Assembly (NCBI GenBank): GCA_943787795.1
Contig: CALSNU010000001.1
Location: 448,001 to 512,000 of the forward strand
Length of the DNA stretch: 64,000 bases
Source of the DNA: an uncultured bacterium
GTDB taxonomy: Bacteria; Planctomycetota; UBA1135; GCA-002686595
Reading direction: 5' to 3'
Part shown: positions 48,937-58,918 of the stretch, piece by piece
Position numbering within the stretch: position 1 is the first letter of the stretch
Layout: each line of letters opens with the position of its first letter
Notes under the pieces: model-generated
What the model was told of the DNA's origin: nothing
The model's input: the letters and a program-made list of their open reading frames with translations, nothing else
The model's database searches: none
Translations under genes and position numbers: made by a program

Positions 48937-49084
48937 GTGGCCGCTGAGGGGGTCGGGGGGCGGGAAGGGCTCGCTGTGAGGAGACTTCTTTCTCGCTGGG
49001 GGAAGGATCCAGCGACCGCTGCATATGCTCAGGCGGCACGCTAGCCGATAAATTCGACTAGCCGCAGCGCGGCCGCCCCACCCC

Positions 49085-50695
49085 ATGCCTGACGTTCGTG
49101 ACCTCCCCTTCGATCAGTACCAGCGCTACGAGCTGGTGCGGGCGCTGCTGGAGAGCGTGAGGGCAGACGGCGAGCGCTTCCGCATCCTGGATGTGGGGGG
49201 GCGAACCGCGCTCCTCCGGGAATTCCTGCCGCTGGATCAGGTCGAGCTGGTCGACGTGGTCCCCTCGGCTGTCGAGGGGCTCGTGCTTGGGAGCGGCGCA
49301 GAGCTGCCGTTCCTGGACGGCACCTTCGACGCGGTCTGTGCCTTCGACACGCTCGAGCACGTCCCGCCGCCGTTGAGGGACGACTTCGTCCGGGAGTGTG
49401 CGAGGGTCGCCGGCCGCTATGTGATCCTCGCGGGTCCCTATGACTCGCCGCGGGTCGCTGAGGCCGAGGAGACGCTCCTCGACTTCCTCCGAGCGCGCCT
49501 GAACTGGGAGCATCAGTACCTGCTCGAGCACCGTGAGAACGGGCTGCCGTCCATGCCAGCCGCGCTCGAGATCTTCGAGCAGGCCGGTGCGCGGACCTCG
49601 ACGGTCGGGCACGGCGAGCTCAGCCGCTGGCTCGCCCTCATGTGCGTGGAGCTGTACATCGAGCACGAGACCCTGCTCAGGGACTTCGCCGGGCAGCTCT
49701 ACCGCTTCTACAACGAACACCTGTTCCCCTTCGATCACGGGGACGAGGTCTACCGGCACGCGGTCATCGCTGCCTTCGGGGACGCGCCCATGCCCTCCCC
49801 AGAGGCGGCGCTCGGGCAGGCCTCATCCTCGCTGGACGCCGCGGATAACGCGCTCGTTGAGGCGGGGCGTGAGCTGCTCCGGTACGACAGCCTCCGGGAC
49901 ACTTACCTGCCGGAGATGGAGCGCTTGCACGGTGTGGTGGCCTCGCTGGAGAAGGACCTTGATGGTCACCGCCGCGAGGCTGCTGACCTCACCGCTGACC
50001 TTGCCGGCCACGCCGAGACCGTCGAGGCGCTCCGGGAAGAGCGCCGGGCTGGACGTCGCGATGCCGAACTCGAGCGCGCGACCTTCGAGGCGGAACGCCT
50101 CGACGTTCAGGCGGTGCTGGCCCACAAGGATGAGCGTATCGGGGCGTTGACCGCCGACCTCGAGGGGCACCGCACGAGCCTGGCGGAGCTGGAGCGCCTT
50201 CGTACGCAGGAGCTCACGGAGTTGGAGGCCCGCGGGGCGCGGCTTGATGAGGTCAACCGGGAGCTCTCCGCGCAGAACGAGATCGTGGCCAAGGCCCATC
50301 AGCAGCTCGAGGAGACGGTCCGGCGCATCGAGGAGTTCGTGAAGCAGGAGGCCCGCGTCCGCGGCGCGGTCCGGCTCGCAGATGACTGCGCCGAGACCCT
50401 CAACGAGCGGCTGGACCGAGGCCGGGGGCGGGACCTCTCTCTTGAGGAGGAGATCGAGATCATCATCGGAGCCCGTGACCTGCGGCTCGCCGAGCGGAAC
50501 GAGGCCCAGGCGGAGGTCGAGCGCATGTCCGCCGCCCTCGAGCAAGCGGACGCCTCGATCGAGGCGCTCGAGGGCAACCTCGGGGAGGCGAACGCCGAGC
50601 TAGAGCTGCTTCAGGCGGAGTCCCAGCGTCTCTGGAACCGCGTGGGGCGCTCGGTGCTCCTGCGCTGGCTGACAGGCGCGCGCAAGCTCGGCTGA
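49085..50695 (+). CDS. SAM-dependent methyltransferase + long coiled coil + C-terminal amphipathic helix (WbdD-like architecture)
   Basis: ILDVGG and LPFLDGTFDAVCAFDTLEHV. Heptad-rich region from about residue 275 to 515. Basic/aromatic tail RLWNRVGRSVLLRWLTGARKLG. Confidence 0.8.
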   Translation: MPDVRDLPFDQYQRYELVRALLESVRADGERFRILDVGGRTALLREFLPLDQVELVDVVPSAVEGLVLGSGAELPFLDGTFDAVCAFDTLEHVPPPLRDDFVRECARVAGRYVILAGPYDSPRVAEAEETLLDFLRARLNWEHQYLLEHRENGLPSMPAALEIFEQAGARTSTVGHGELSRWLALMCVELYIEHETLLRDFAGQLYRFYNEHLFPFDHGDEVYRHAVIAAFGDAPMPSPEAALGQASSSLDAADNALVEAGRELLRYDSLRDTYLPEMERLHGVVASLEKDLDGHRREAADLTADLAGHAETVEALREERRAGRRDAELERATFEAERLDVQAVLAHKDERIGALTADLEGHRTSLAELERLRTQELTELEARGARLDEVNRELSAQNEIVAKAHQQLEETVRRIEEFVKQEARVRGAVRLADDCAETLNERLDRGRGRDLSLEEEIEIIIGARDLRLAERNEAQAEVERMSAALEQADASIEALEGNLGEANAELELLQAESQRLWNRVGRSVLLRWLTGARKLG

Positions 50696-50867
50696 GAGTC
50701 CGCCGGCTGAGAGTCCGCCGGCTGAGAGTCTGCTGGCCGGGCCGGGGCTGCTCTTGGCTGAAGCCGGACGCTGCCCGACCCCTCAGCCTTCATTTGGCGC
50801 GGGCTCCATTCGGCGCGGGCTCCAGTTGGCTCGGGCTCCAGGGGGCTCGGGCTCCAGGGGGCGCGGG
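50690..50867. repeat. Two tandem repeats between convergent genes: 15 bp x3 (GGCTGAGAGTCCGCC) and 16 bp x4 (GGC[G/T]CGGGCTCCAnnn)
   Basis: Read directly at 50690-50734 and 50796-50867. Confidence 0.85.
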
Positions 50868-50884
50868 GGACGCGCTGAAGGGGA

Positions 50885-52189
50885 TCAGTCCCGGGAGACC
50901 TTCGGGTCGGCGCCGTCCATGGCCACCGACCACTGTGTCGGCAGGAACAGCAGCCCGTGCTGGAGGTGGTTCGCGTCGTGGACCTCGAAGGTCGCCGCGT
51001 GCTCGCGGTGATCGATGGGGGTGGGGGCCGCCTTGTCGTGGTCGTAGACGAAGACCGTCAGGTAGTAGCCGCCCTGGAGAAGGGGGAGGCTCTCAAAGGC
51101 CATCTCCACGCGACCCTTGGTGCCCGCCTTGACGTCGCCGAGCTCGATGGGCTCGTTGCGCCAGAGGTGGTTGCTGCCGTTCACGTACGTCCCGTCCGAG
51201 CGGTAGACGCCGAGGCCGAAGACCGGCTCGTGGCAGTCTTCGGTGGCCTCGAAGTCGATCTTGACGCGGAAGGGGGAGCCTGGCTGGAAGACGTTGGTGG
51301 CCTCGCCGCTCCCGTTGGAGAGCTCGACCTTGCCGGTCCGGATCTCGCCCGAGCCCCACCGCGGATAGGCGTCGAGCTGGCGATTGATGGCGGACATCCG
51401 CTCGTTGCCCCGGGCGTGGGCGCGCTTGAGGTACTCGTCGGCGACCTCCTCGGCCGTGCCCTGTTCAAGAACGCGTCCCTCGTGCATGAGGACGACGTGC
51501 TTGCACATGGACTTCACCGAGCCCATGTCGTGGGACACGAAGAGCGTCGTCTTGCCCTGCTCCTGGAATTCGTTCAGCCGGTTGATGCACTTGCCCTTGA
51601 AGTGCTCGTCGCCCACCGAGAGTGCCTCATCGATGATGAGGATCTCGGGATCCACGGTCGTCGCGACGGAGAACCCCAGGCGCACGTGCATTCCCGAGCT
51701 GTAGGTCTTCACGGGGCGGTCGATGAACTCACCCAGCTCTGAGAACTCCACGATGTCGTTGAAGCGCTCTTCGGTCTCCTCCTCGGTCATCCCGAGGATG
51801 GAGCAGTTCAGGCGGATGTTCTCCCGGCCGGAGAACTCGGGGTGAAACCCCGCGCCGAGCTCGAGCAGCGAGGCGATCCGCCCGCGCGTGAGAATCTCAC
51901 CGCCGGTGGGCTGAGTGATCCCTGTGAGGAGCTTGAGGAGCGTGCTCTTGCCGGCGCCGTTCTCGCCGATGATGCCAACCGTCGAGCCCTTGGGGATGTC
52001 CAGGTAGACGTCGCGGACAGCCCAAAACTCGCGCCCGCGTGGACCCCCGGGCAGCATGAGGTCCCACAGCCGGTGGACCGGCTTGTCGTACATGCGGTAC
52101 GCCTTGCTGACGCCGCGCGCGACGATGGCGGAGCCGCCCATGGCGTTCGTGGAGGGCTGTGCCGCGCTGGGGTTGCTGCTGTCGTACAT
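50885..52189 (-). CDS. wzt: Polysaccharide ABC exporter ATPase with C-terminal carbohydrate-binding domain
   Basis: GENGAGKST, LELGAGFHPE, YSSGM, IIDEALSVGD, VSHD, plus a Wzt_C-like beta-sandwich extension. Confidence 0.92.
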   Translation of the reverse strand: MYDSSNPSAAQPSTNAMGGSAIVARGVSKAYRMYDKPVHRLWDLMLPGGPRGREFWAVRDVYLDIPKGSTVGIIGENGAGKSTLLKLLTGITQPTGGEILTRGRIASLLELGAGFHPEFSGRENIRLNCSILGMTEEETEERFNDIVEFSELGEFIDRPVKTYSSGMHVRLGFSVATTVDPEILIIDEALSVGDEHFKGKCINRLNEFQEQGKTTLFVSHDMGSVKSMCKHVVLMHEGRVLEQGTAEEVADEYLKRAHARGNERMSAINRQLDAYPRWGSGEIRTGKVELSNGSGEATNVFQPGSPFRVKIDFEATEDCHEPVFGLGVYRSDGTYVNGSNHLWRNEPIELGDVKAGTKGRVEMAFESLPLLQGGYYLTVFVYDHDKAAPTPIDHREHAATFEVHDANHLQHGLLFLPTQWSVAMDGADPKVSRD

Positions 52190-52226
52190 GGGGGGGACTT
52201 CTCTGTGGGGACCGCCGAGGGCAGCC

Positions 52227-53084
52227 TCAGAGGAGATCGGAGAACTTGGACTTCTGCTTGCTGAAGAAACTGGATCCGACCGCGAACACCAGGAGGCCCG
52301 CAGCTGCGAAGCTGAGGAGCTGCCGCGGATCAGGGGCCTGGTTCTGGACGAGGACGTGGCGGTACATGTCCATCAGCCAGTGCATCGGGTTGATCTCGAG
52401 CATCCATCCGTAGTCCTTGTCCACCATCCGCTGGGGTGGATAGAAGATCGGCGTGATGAACATCCAGACGGTCAGGGCGACGCCGATCACGTGGAAGGTG
52501 TCGCGCCAGAACAGATTGAAGGTGGCGAAGAAGTACCCGAGCCCGGCGCTGAAGAGGGCCTGCAGCCCGAGCAGCAAGGGGAGCCACATGAGCTGTGCGC
52601 CGAGCTGGACGCCCTGGTGTCCGCTGGCCGCGGCCGCCGCCAGGACGGCGGGGTCGTCGGTCGGGTTGAGCTTCGCGTAGAGCAGCGCGAGGAGGACGAT
52701 CGGGAGCGCGATCATCATGTTGACGATGGCCGAGATGGTCACGTAGGCGGGCAGCACCTCGGAGGGGAAGACCACCTTCTGGATGAGGTTCTGGTTGTCC
52801 ACGAGGATGTTGGTGGAGCGCGAGATCGACTCGGCGAACGCGGTCCAGCTGACGATGGCCACCAGCATCAGGAGGACGACCTCCTGGGAGCTCTTGTCCG
52901 CATCCCAGGTCATCTTGAGGATGATCTGGAAGACCAGCAGGTAGACCGCCAGGTTCATGATCGGGTAGACCACCGACCAGAAGAAGCCCAGGCTCGACCC
53001 GACGTACCGTGACTTGAGGTCCCGGCCCACGAAGCTCCACAGGAGGGTCCTGTTGGCCTTTAGGGATCGGAGAAGCTGAAGCAC
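52227..53084 (-). CDS. wzm: Polysaccharide ABC exporter permease
   Basis: RDLKSRYVGSSLGFFW, NLIQKVVFP, FITPIFYP and INP. GTG 53084 chosen as start (ORF extends to TTG 53144). Confidence 0.92.
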   Translation of the reverse strand: MLQLLRSLKANRTLLWSFVGRDLKSRYVGSSLGFFWSVVYPIMNLAVYLLVFQIILKMTWDADKSSQEVVLLMLVAIVSWTAFAESISRSTNILVDNQNLIQKVVFPSEVLPAYVTISAIVNMMIALPIVLLALLYAKLNPTDDPAVLAAAAASGHQGVQLGAQLMWLPLLLGLQALFSAGLGYFFATFNLFWRDTFHVIGVALTVWMFITPIFYPPQRMVDKDYGWMLEINPMHWLMDMYRHVLVQNQAPDPRQLLSFAAAGLLVFAVGSSFFSKQKSKFSDLL

Positions 53085-53202
53085 CGGGAGCTCGGGCGCG
53101 GCGGGCGCCGTGAGTAGAGTCGCGATCGGACGGGACGGGTGCAACCTCCCGCAGGCCGGTCGCGAGCGAACTGAGGGATTGTCTCCCGATTCAATCGCGC
53201 TC

Positions 53203-53850
53203 TCAGTCGAGCTTGGGGGGCGGGAACGCCGCGTGGGCGCGGAGGGTCATCCGCGCCCGTTTCTCGATATCGACCTCGGTGAAGATCGGCTCCATCGCAT
53301 TTTGCGGAAGATGCAGTTTCTGCGTCAGGGCGTCCGTGAGCAGCTCCACGGGGACATCCTCGGGCAGCACCAGGGGCTCCTCCGTGCGGACGTCGAGCGC
53401 TGCCCGGAGCTCACTCCGCAATGATTCCTGGACGCCGAGGTCCAGCGGGACCTCGGTGACGCGGCGGGCGCTGACCTTTCGGTAGAGCCGGTCCGAGGGC
53501 ACCTCCTCGACGTCAAAGCGTCCCAGGCCGAAGAGCCAGATGAAGTAACGGCCGTCGGGGGTCTTCTCGTGGCGGGCGATCTCACCCACGCCAGAGACGC
53601 GGAGGATCCTCGGGGCGAGCTCCTCTTCCCCGTCCTCGGTCGGCTCCTGACCCTCGAGCACGGTGCCCATGGCAAGGCGCCCCTGGCCATCGAGGACGTC
53701 GTCGATCATCTGCCTGTAGCGAGGCTCGAAGACGTGCAGTGGGAGGATCTGCCGCGGCAGGAGGAACACTCCGCCCAGCGGGAACATCGGCAAGATGCTC
53801 TCCGGGCGGTTGTCCTCCTCGAAGGGCCAGACGTCAGGGATCTCCGTCAT
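53203..53850 (-). CDS. LON peptidase substrate-binding (N-terminal) domain protein
   Basis: LPMFPL..VFLLP...LPLHVFEPRYRQMI and DGRY.I...GLGRF. Confidence 0.88.
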   Translation of the reverse strand: MTEIPDVWPFEEDNRPESILPMFPLGGVFLLPRQILPLHVFEPRYRQMIDDVLDGQGRLAMGTVLEGQEPTEDGEEELAPRILRVSGVGEIARHEKTPDGRYFIWLFGLGRFDVEEVPSDRLYRKVSARRVTEVPLDLGVQESLRSELRAALDVRTEEPLVLPEDVPVELLTDALTQKLHLPQNAMEPIFTEVDIEKRARMTLRAHAAFPPPKLD

Positions 53851-54025
53851 GCCCTCAAGCTAGGGCCTGGTGCGCCGCTTGGAACCCCGCTGGGTGAGGT
53901 AATCCGTTTCATGACCACTCCGCTGGCCTCCGGTGGCTGTGTCAAGGGTCGCTGACCGATCGAGCCCGGTGAGGTACGCCGGGCCAGACTCGCCTAGCGG
54001 CGTGTGCCCCATCAGGCGTGCCCCG

Positions 54026-54853
54026 TCAGGCGTGCTCGAGCAGCGCCATGATCTCCACGGCGTCACGGTTACGGCCATGGCGGCGCATGGCCGCGGCGAG
54101 GTTGCGGAGCTGCCGGGTCAACATCTCGGCGTCCGGCGCGGGTTCGAACCAGTGGGAAGAGGGCGCCACGCCCAGCTGGCGGAGACGCGCGAGGCACGCG
54201 GCCTCATCGAGGGGGGCGCCGCCGCTGTAGGGGTCGAGGACCTGCTGGCTGGACTCACCTCGAACCATGAGCAGGACGTGCGCGGGGAAGGGGAGGAGGG
54301 CGATCTCCATGCCCGCGCGCCGCCCGACGAGGGCGTAGACCGCGCAGAGCGTCAGGGGGAGGCCGCGGCGGTCTTCCACCGCCCGCGTCAGGGAGACGTG
54401 GAGGGAGTTGTGGAAGTCGTTCGCGGCACCCCTCAGCCCCGCTTCGACGGCCAGGACTTGCCGGAGGGCGGCGCCAGCAGCCTCCGCCGACGCCCTTTCA
54501 TCGAGACGATCTCGGGTGGCGGCGGCCCAGGCGTCGAGCTGGCCGGCGACATCCAGGGCTGGGTCAGCGGCTCCGAGCACCTCGTCAATGGCGAGCAGAC
54601 CGGCCTCGAGGGAAGCGTCGGGGTCGACGAGGAGCTCACGCAGCTGCTGGAGTCCGCGGCGTCGACGGAGCTCGATGAGGATCTGCCGGGCCCGTGCTCG
54701 GAGCACCGCGTCGGGACCGTCCGCCGCGTGACGGAGCGCCGGGATCGCCCCGTCCCCAAGGGTCAGCAGCGCCTCCTTGACCGTCCGGCGTGACACAGCG
54801 GAGCCGTCCCCGAGGAGGGGCACAAGCGTGTCTGCGGAGGGGGGCTGTTCCAT
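54026..54853 (-). CDS. SirB1/transglutaminase-like (Transglut_core2) protein with N-terminal HEAT-like helix pair
   Basis: RRGLPLTLCAVY..VGRRAG, FPAHVL, LDPY.GG and RQLRNL. Confidence 0.78.
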   Translation of the reverse strand: MEQPPSADTLVPLLGDGSAVSRRTVKEALLTLGDGAIPALRHAADGPDAVLRARARQILIELRRRRGLQQLRELLVDPDASLEAGLLAIDEVLGAADPALDVAGQLDAWAAATRDRLDERASAEAAGAALRQVLAVEAGLRGAANDFHNSLHVSLTRAVEDRRGLPLTLCAVYALVGRRAGMEIALLPFPAHVLLMVRGESSQQVLDPYSGGAPLDEAACLARLRQLGVAPSSHWFEPAPDAEMLTRQLRNLAAAMRRHGRNRDAVEIMALLEHA

Positions 54854-55101
54854 GGGCGCAGGCGGGGGTTCGCCCGGCGGGGGGCGGTTGGGGCGTCCAG
54901 CTTGGAATTCCCCGCAGAAAGGCTCTCAGGTAATACCTGGGTGGGATGTCGCAAATGCGGGGTGGATGCCGCCGAGCTTAGATTGCCCCCCCTGACCCCG
55001 GCCCTTATCCTGTTCGCCCACAAAACGGATTGAGAGGCCCGTCGCTGCCCCTCTCGACACTCAGCCGAGCCTGCCAGCTCGGCTTCCTCCCCCGATCTCC
55101 C

Positions 55102-56322
55102 ATGAAAAACGCCCTCAGACGCGGCCCCGAGCGGGTCGCAGTCGTCGCCGCGAGGCGCACGCCCATCGGGAAGTACCTGGGCTCCTTCGCCGACCTGTCT
55201 GCCGCAGATCTCGGGGTCGAGGCGGTACGCGCCGCGCTGGAGGCCGGCAGAGTCCCCGCCTCGTCGGTGGGCGAGGTCTTCATGGGCAACGGTCGACAGG
55301 CCGGCGGCGGTCCGAACGTGGCTCGACAGATCTCCGTCCGCGCCGGCATCCCCGAGACGGCCTGCGCGACCACGATCAACATGGCCTGTGGTTCCGGCCT
55401 GAAGTCTATCGTTCTCGCTGCAGACGCCATCCGCCGCGGTGAGATGGACGTGGCGGTGGCGGGCGGCACGGAGTCCATGAGCGGCCTGCCCTTCTACCTG
55501 CCGAAGATGCGGCGGGGCTACCGGCTCGGCTCGGCGCCCCTCGTGGACGCCATGTACAAGGACGGCTTCGACTGCCCCCTCGCGGACATGGTGATGGGGG
55601 AGACCGCGGAGAAGCTGGCGCAGGAGCTCGGGATCACCCGCGACGAGCAGGACGCCTTCGCCGTGGAGAGCCAGCGCAAGGCCGGCGCGGCCATCGAGGC
55701 GGGGCGTTTTGACGCAGAGCTCGCGCCGGTCGTGATCAAGACCCGCAAGGGGGAGGTCACCGTCGACGCCGACGAGCACCCGCGTCCGGACGCCACGCTG
55801 GAGAAGATGGGCCGCCTGCCCGCGGTCTTCGGCAAGCGCTACGACGGGAACGGGACGGTGACCCCCGGCAACGCCAGCGGCATCACCGACGGCGCCTCGG
55901 CGCTGGTGCTCGCCACGGAGTCTGCCTGCGAGAAGAACGGCTGGTCACCCCTCGCCTGGGTGGGGAGCGCGGCGCAATCTGGCGTGGATCCCACCGTCAT
56001 GGGCCTCGGCCCGGTCCCCGCCTGCGCGCGCCTCGAGGCGAGCACGGGGCGCGCGGCGAGTGACTATGACCTGATCGAGTTGAACGAGGCCTTCGCCGCG
56101 CAGGTGCTCGCCTGTGACCGCGACCTCGGGCTCGATCACGACCGCCTGAACGTCAACGGGGGCGCGATCGCCCTCGGCCACCCGATCGGCGCCACGGGCG
56201 CCCGCATCGTCACGACGATGCTCCACGAACTCGTCCGGCGGGGGGGCGAGCACGCGCTCGCGACCCTCTGCATCTCCGGCGGCATGGGCCTGGCGGTCGC
56301 GTTCGACCGCACTGGCCTCTGA
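55102..56322 (+). CDS. Thiolase
   Basis: [19 protein letters not shown] and CISGGMG. Confidence 0.94.
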   Translation: MKNALRRGPERVAVVAARRTPIGKYLGSFADLSAADLGVEAVRAALEAGRVPASSVGEVFMGNGRQAGGGPNVARQISVRAGIPETACATTINMACGSGLKSIVLAADAIRRGEMDVAVAGGTESMSGLPFYLPKMRRGYRLGSAPLVDAMYKDGFDCPLADMVMGETAEKLAQELGITRDEQDAFAVESQRKAGAAIEAGRFDAELAPVVIKTRKGEVTVDADEHPRPDATLEKMGRLPAVFGKRYDGNGTVTPGNASGITDGASALVLATESACEKNGWSPLAWVGSAAQSGVDPTVMGLGPVPACARLEASTGRAASDYDLIELNEAFAAQVLACDRDLGLDHDRLNVNGGAIALGHPIGATGARIVTTMLHELVRRGGEHALATLCISGGMGLAVAFDRTGL

Positions 56323-56381
56323 GCGCCAACCCACCAAAGAGCCGTCCTGGCCTCCGCCCGGACCACGCACCACCCATTCAC

Positions 56382-57275
56382 ATGCAGATCAAGAAAGTCG
56401 GCGTCGTCGGTTGCGGCCTCATGGGCCACGGAATCGTCCAGGTCGCGGCCCAAGGGGGCTGCGAGGTCATCGCGCTCGAGTCCGAGCAAGCGTTCCTCGA
56501 CAAGGGCCTCGCCCGGGTCGACAAGAGCCTCGCCAAGCTCGCCAGCAAGAACGTCGAGAAGGGCAAGATGGACCAGGCCACGGCGGACGCCTGGGTCGCC
56601 GAGGTGCGCGGTCGCATCTCCGGCACCACCGACCGCAGCGGCGTCGCGGACTGCGACCTCGTGGTCGAGGCCATCGTCGAGAACCTCGACGTGAAGAAGG
56701 AGCTCTTCGCCTCCCTCGGCGAGATCTGCAAGCCGGAGACGGTCTTCGCCTCCAACACGTCCTCCTTCCCGATCGGCGAGATGGCGGCGGCCTCGGGGCG
56801 CCCCTCGCGCTTCGTCGGCCTGCACTTCTTCAACCCGGTGCAGCTCATGCGCCTGGTCGAGGTGGTCCGCACGGATGACACCGACGAGGACGTCTTCGAG
56901 GCCTCCAAGGCCTTCGGCGCCGCCTGCGGCAAGACGCCGGTGTCCTGCAAGGACACGCCGGGCTTCGTCGTGAACCGCCTGCTGGTGCCCTACATGGTCC
57001 AGGCCATCGACATGCTCGACCGCGGCGACGCCTCCAAGGAGGACATCGACGCCGCCATGCAGTTCGGCTGCGGCTACCCGATGGGGCCGCTGACGCTCAC
57101 CGACTACGTGGGCCTCGACACGACGCTGTCTATCCTCCAGGGCTGGACCGAGCGCTACCCGAACGAGCCCGCCTTCAAGATCCCCACGTCCCTCGAGCGC
57201 CTCGTCGCCGAGGGCAAGTTCGGTCGCAAGACCGGCGAGGGCTACTACAAGTGGGACGGGGACAAGAAGGCATGA
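56382..57275 (+). CDS. 3-hydroxyacyl-CoA dehydrogenase
   Basis: [30 protein letters not shown] and GRKTGEGYY. Confidence 0.93.
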   Translation: MQIKKVGVVGCGLMGHGIVQVAAQGGCEVIALESEQAFLDKGLARVDKSLAKLASKNVEKGKMDQATADAWVAEVRGRISGTTDRSGVADCDLVVEAIVENLDVKKELFASLGEICKPETVFASNTSSFPIGEMAAASGRPSRFVGLHFFNPVQLMRLVEVVRTDDTDEDVFEASKAFGAACGKTPVSCKDTPGFVVNRLLVPYMVQAIDMLDRGDASKEDIDAAMQFGCGYPMGPLTLTDYVGLDTTLSILQGWTERYPNEPAFKIPTSLERLVAEGKFGRKTGEGYYKWDGDKKA

Positions 57276-58312
57276 TCGCCGCATGGCTCGCCCCCGCCCT
57301 CGCCGCGGCCCTGATCGGGCCCGGTTCGAGTGAACCCCCCGTCGCCGCCCCGGCGCCGGCGCGCTCTGCTGCGCCGATCGCGCAGCGGGGGGTCGAGCTG
57401 TCCGCGACCATCCCGTCGCTCTTCATCGAGAACGAGCCCTTCGTCGTGTCCCTCGAGGTCACGGCGACGGGCGAGTCGACCGTCGACCTCCCCGCGTGGA
57501 TGCTCACCCCCGCAGCGTGGTCCGCGAGCCGCAAGGCGCTCCAGCGTCGCCCGAAGAAGGCCAGCGTCCCCCTGCAGCCCGGCCAGGTCCTCACGGTCAC
57601 CCTCGACCTGGCGCCCCTGATCCAGGAGCGCTTCTCCAAGCCGACCGACTTCTCCCTCGCCGTCGAGGGCGCGAAGGACACGAAGCAGGACGTGATCTGG
57701 CTCGGCGCGCCCGAGGCTGACGTCGACTACTCCACGCTCTCCGGGAAGCTCCTGGAGGACTATCAGGTGGTCCTCTTCACGAGCGGCGGTCCGATCTGGG
57801 TGGAACTCTGGCCGGACGTGGCGCCGAACCACGTGCGGAACTTCCTCGACCTGTGCGCCTCCGGCTTCTACGAGGGCTCGGCCTTCCACCGCGTGATCCC
57901 GGGCTTCATGGCCCAGGCGGGCCGCTCGAAGGACGGGACCCCCGCGCCCCGCAAGGTGCAGGCCGAGTTCAACAGCCGCCGGCACGTGGCCGGGGTGCTC
58001 TCCGCAGCCCGCCTCGGGACGGACATGGACTCGGCGGAGAGCGAGTTCTTCATCGTCCACCGCACCTCACCGCACCTGGACCAGACCTACAGCGCCTTCG
58101 GGCAGGTCCTCACCGGGATGGAGGCCGTCGAGGCCATCGTCGACACGGTGGAGAAGAACGAGGCGTTCCTCGAGAAGCTCAAGAAGGGCGGAGCGCGGAT
58201 CGACGACCGGAATCCACAGGTGGCCATGGCGCTCCACGACCCGTCCCCCGCCCAGACCATCCGCAAGGCCGTGGTCGTCCGTGCGACCAAGTCCAGGCCC
58301 AAGAAGAAGTGA
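57272..58312 (+). CDS. Exported cyclophilin-type peptidyl-prolyl isomerase with N-terminal beta domain
   Basis: Signal-like N-terminus. APNHVRNF..L...[18 protein letters not shown] and YSAFGQV..GM. ATGA overlap with the upstream gene. Confidence 0.82.
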   Translation: MIAAWLAPALAAALIGPGSSEPPVAAPAPARSAAPIAQRGVELSATIPSLFIENEPFVVSLEVTATGESTVDLPAWMLTPAAWSASRKALQRRPKKASVPLQPGQVLTVTLDLAPLIQERFSKPTDFSLAVEGAKDTKQDVIWLGAPEADVDYSTLSGKLLEDYQVVLFTSGGPIWVELWPDVAPNHVRNFLDLCASGFYEGSAFHRVIPGFMAQAGRSKDGTPAPRKVQAEFNSRRHVAGVLSAARLGTDMDSAESEFFIVHRTSPHLDQTYSAFGQVLTGMEAVEAIVDTVEKNEAFLEKLKKGGARIDDRNPQVAMALHDPSPAQTIRKAVVVRATKSRPKKK

Positions 58313-58395
58313 ACCGCGACCGCGTACACGCGGGGCTCCTTCGCCCCGTCGCCGCGTCGCCCCCTCGCCGCGACCCGCAACACCCCCCGCATCCC

Positions 58396-58914
58396 ATGAC
58401 TCACGAACTGAGCGGCGTCCAAGTGCGCCTCGAGACCTCCGCCGGCAACATGACGGTGGAGTTCCTCACCGACGTGGCCCCGCGTCACGCCGAGAACTTC
58501 GTCAAGCTGGCCAAGGACGGCTTCTATGACGGCACGCGCTTCCACCGCGTCATCCCAGGGTTCATGATCCAGGGCGGCGACCCGAACACGAAGAAGGACG
58601 ACGAGCGCATGTGGGGCACCGGCGGTCCCGGCTGGTCCGTGGACGCGGAGTTCAACGACGTGCACCACGAGCGCGGGATCCTCTCCATGGCGCGCTCCCA
58701 GGACCCCAACTCGGCGGGCAGCCAGTTCTTCGTCTGCCACGGCGAGGCGGGCTTCCTCGACGGGCAGTACACCGCGTTCGGCAAGCTCCTTGACGGCTTC
58801 GACGTGCTCGACGAGATCGCCAACGCGCCCACGATTCCGGGCGGCGAGAACTCGCGCCCGAAGGAGCCGGTCACCGTCACCAAGGCCACCGTCGTCGAGG
58901 CCTCCGAGGGCTGA
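58396..58914 (+). CDS. Cyclophilin-type peptidyl-prolyl isomerase
   Basis: [31 protein letters not shown] and LDGQYTAFG. Confidence 0.93.
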   Translation: MTHELSGVQVRLETSAGNMTVEFLTDVAPRHAENFVKLAKDGFYDGTRFHRVIPGFMIQGGDPNTKKDDERMWGTGGPGWSVDAEFNDVHHERGILSMARSQDPNSAGSQFFVCHGEAGFLDGQYTAFGKLLDGFDVLDEIANAPTIPGGENSRPKEPVTVTKATVVEASEG

Positions 58915-58918
58915 TCCC

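Noticed and set aside
50690..50867. Short repeat arrays (also 11280 and 61055) as a mini-CRISPR
   Set aside because: Units are 15-19 bp, head-to-tail, with no unique spacers and no cas genes.
54915..54935. CTCTCAGG as a glycine riboswitch signature
   Set aside because: The upstream GGAGA/CCGAAG elements are missing and the flanking genes are unrelated to glycine.
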